Part shown: piece after piece, positions 60,511 to 64,000 of the stretch | How positions within the stretch are numbered: position 1 is the stretch's first letter | Layout: every line of letters starts with the position of its first letter | Assembly: GCA_030265395.1 (NCBI GenBank) | Contig: JARFYF010000001.1 | Coordinates: 86,018,127 to 86,082,126 of the forward strand | Source of the DNA: Rhina ancylostomus | Lineage: Eukaryota | Length of the DNA: 64,000 bases | Direction: 5' to 3' | Position numbers and translations under genes: made by a program | The notes under the pieces: model-generated | Seen by the model: only the letters and a program-made list of their open reading frames with translations | Told to the model about the DNA's origin: nothing | Database searches by the model: none

Positions 60511-62612
60511 GGTGCCCCATAGAAAGCATCCTATCTGGTGGGTTCAAGAGGGCCATAAATTCTAGCAATGGATGGTTGAGTCAAGTAGTCTGTTTTTTTG
60601 CTGTACATTCCACATATAGTTTGAGTGCATTTCTATCCCTACTGAACAAGGCAGAAGTTTCTCCCCACAGTTCTATGGAAAATCTTAAACATTTATCCAA
60701 AACTAAGATAGAAAACCAATTAGCCAAATTCAGAATCTAACAATGGCTAGATTTACATCTACCTATGCAAATCCAGGAGGACCACACAATTATCAGGAGG
60801 CTCTCACTGGAGAAGATAAGCAGGTATCACATTAAAAACTTGTGCTGGGAATCTACATCACATGGCTCAAATAGAAACTGAGATCTGTAATCTCCACCTT
60901 GACAAGATCAAAAACTCGTTTTTCCTATGATAAAAATGCTTTGAAAATACATGTCTAGAGTCCAATCAGCAGCATTTGCCACTGAGCCACAAAAGGAGAC
61001 CAAGATCATCAAGAAGATAGGTTTTAAAGAACATCTCAAAAGAGGACATGGGTGATATGGAGCTTAAGAAGAGAACAGAGTTCAAGCCTGGACAAACAAA
61101 GGATACCACCACACCAAGAACCAAAATGTCACGGTTAATTTGCTCTTCTAGTTTCATTCTTCCCTCATGTCAAAAGTACAAAAGAAGTGCAGTACTGGAG
61201 CACGTTCACACCACCTCTTGGAATCAAATTTCACAATCCCTGTTAATTCCTGTCCTGGTGGATCGAGTAACTCTCTCACCAGATCACTATAAAGTCTTAT
61301 CAAAGAGCAAAATGACAATATTAGCTTGGTGCAAGAGATTTATATCATGCCTGTCATGCCAATTCTTACTAATAGCAGAGAAGATCAATTATTTATTTTT
61401 ATACTGTCAAAATATAGTGAATTACAATCTTTCAATTCAAGGTGCTGGGTCTGAAGATTGGAACATGCATGTTCCTGCTACCATTTCTATCCAAACAATT
61501 ACTGTATAAATGGGGCTTCCCCAGGTGTACACACACTTGTCCAAATTTAATTTCCCTAGTCTCAGCATCTTGTCAACAGATCTCTTACATTAAAAACTTC
61601 CTCTCCATTTAATTTCCTTCCTCCTCCCTAGAAACTTGATGTTGTCTTTGAAGCTTAGACCTTCATTGCACTAGTTTCAACCTCAACACATTCCCATATG
61701 CTTTACAGCCAATGAAGAGATGTTTAAGTGTGAGGAATGTGCTGTCTGATTTATGCACAAGGTACCTTTCTCCAGGTATTCCATATATTGTGTGTTGAGA
61801 GATATTGATCAGGACATTGTGAAGAATTTGCCTTGATCCCTTTTGAATTGTTCCACAAAATCTTTTGTGCCTGTAAGATGAATGTTTAGTTTAACATATC
61901 ATCAGAAACAAGGGTTCTCCAACACTGCAGCCCTCCCTCTGATCCACTCTGAAAGCACAGTTTATCTCCAACTCTTAAGTGCAATGAACACCCATAAGCT
62001 TTCAATTTAGAAATAAGAGTGCTACTTACCAAGCATATTTAGGTTCTGGTTCTCAAAATTCATTGGAGAGGTTCATTTTTACATGCAGATTGAAATGCCT
62101 ACATTAAATGCTGCCAAGTACAGACTACAAGAATGATTTTTTTTTAAAAAGCCCTCTGCCAAACAAGTTTAAAAAAAATCAGCAAGTGTTAATCCTCCCA
62201 GTGAGGTTTGTATTTCAGCAGCTTGCTGGAGTACACTACATGCTGTGAGGATGTCAACTTGGTCAAGCTTACTAGAAAATAACTCAGAATCAAAGGAACA
62301 GCACCTCGTCTTCTGTCCAGGCATGTTGCAGTCTTCTAGGCTCAATACTGAACTCTACAACTTTAGGTAACTTGATTTCTCTGTATCAGTCATCCATCTG
62401 TAATACTAGACCTCTTCACCTACTCCCCCCCCCCCAATTTTTTTCTTTCTCTAGGATTGGAGGATATCCCCAGCCAGACCACCTAGGCAAGTCCTCCTAC
62501 TCTGCATTTTGCAACTTCCACATTCTTATACGTTCTTTTGTCTGTGTTGTCACTCTCCAACTGCTCCCATTCACTCATTGACTAGGTAAGCTGTCTACAG
62601 CTTACCCACCTG

Positions 62613-62658
62613 GTCATTCTGGTTTCACCCTATCAGTCATTCTGGTTTCACCCTATCA
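62613..62658. repeat. Perfect 23-bp tandem duplication within a Penelope 3' remnant (about 62380-62925)
   Basis: gtcattctggtttcaccctatca occurs twice. Confidence 0.93.
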
Positions 62659-64000
62659 GAGACACTGCCACCGCCACCCCTCTCCGCCCCCCCCCCCCAA
62701 CCAAACTGNNNNNNNNNNNNNNNNNNNNNNNNNNNNNNNNNNNNNNNNNNNNNNNNNNNNNNNNNNNNNNNNNNNNNNNNNNNNNNNNNNNNNNNNNNNN
62801 NNNNNNNNACACTGCCACCGCCACCCCGCCCCGCCCCCCCCCCCCAACCAAACTGCTTTACTAGCTTTAGTCTCCTTTTCAGTCTGAAGGGTCTGACATT
62901 CACCATCTCTTCTCCCACAGATACAAATTAACCCTTTAGTTAGCTACTGGGACCATATTACACTGTGCACTTCTATACCTCTTAAATTTGTAAAAGAGCC
63001 TATGGAATGTCAATAGCACTATCAAATAAAATTAGACACCAAGCTACAGAAAGATTTAGGTTAGCAACAAAAAATATTGGTCAAGTTTTGGCAAGTTTTA
63101 TAGAGAGAACTGGAGGAGGGAGGTGCAGCGGTTTAAAGAAAATTTCAGAACTCATTACCTATGCGGCTGCAGGCACAGCTGCTAATGAAATGGTGAAATG
63201 CACAACAGAAATGGAGGAATGTTGATAGAGGAGCTGAAGAACTACAAGTTACAGAAATAAAGGAGAGGTGAGACCATGAAATGGATTCATTTTCCCCTTG
63301 GTCTTCCTGTTTAATAAACCATTTTAGGACATAATCCATGAGGGTTTCAACTTGGCACTTGGTTCATCCCCACCTCAAGACACCTTCAACTCTGTTCCAT
63401 GCCCTAAACTTTGGGAATTGCAGTGCAAGCGACTAAAGAGCATTCACAGCAATTGGAATCCATTGGGCCAAATAGTAGGGCACTGTTTAGAATGAGGGTC
63501 AGCAAAGTAATTTGCGGCTATTAAAGATCATTCACCTTTTCAAGCTTTACCTTCCACATTAGGTACAATCTACTTGGGACATTACCCAACCAGTTTCATA
63601 TCTGATGGGAAGGTTCTTAAGAATTTATTTGATACTTGCAAGTCATATTGAAGGGATCCAGAATATCAAATCTGAAACCTCTTATGCAAATCTTTCCACA
63701 AAATTATGCAACTAGGGATAAGGAAGAATAATTGTAAGGGAGGTATTTTTGTGCAGGAGCTCAGTAAGAAATGACCTGACAAGAAAAATCAAGACCATGA
63801 AAGATCAAGGAACCTTTTATAACTTCAGGATATCCCAAGGTATCTTACATCTGGTAATTTTGGAACAGTCACTTCTTGTAATATAGTCCACATTAGGAAG
63901 AATACCTTTAATGCAGAATAGTACTGAAAACTTCTTGAATCAAGTTGTCCTTTAGTTTTTAAAAAAGGGAATTAAACAATTTGAAGAAGTATAAAAGACT

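Overview
Vertebrate genomic DNA, most likely from a cartilaginous fish (shark or ray), judged from the repeat families: HER1/CR1 tails, HE1-like SINEs, Deu-domain SINEs, Penelope, Rex1 and RTE. It contains one supportable protein-coding gene, BAHD1, on the minus strand. Six coding exons can be placed base by base with canonical AG/GT sites and matching phases: 50979-49401, 42485-42094, 29677-29518, 22241-22162, 20955-20864 and 19863-19677. Together they give 2490 nt, or 829 aa plus stop. The first exon and promoter probably lie beyond position 64000. The rest is mostly decayed transposable elements and scaffold gaps, with a CpG-rich stretch at the left edge that may start the next gene. I found no convincing novel multi-gene system. 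The leads most worth following are an overlapping uORF at the BAHD1 start, intronic sequence matching the mammalian 'PLQ' insertion in the BAH domain, a degenerate Penelope hammerhead ribozyme with related fold-back elements, a pre-miRNA-sized hairpin at a LINE truncation point, and a dual acceptor/donor splice site near position 340. Repeat boundaries are approximate, and family assignments come from recalled motifs rather than database searches.
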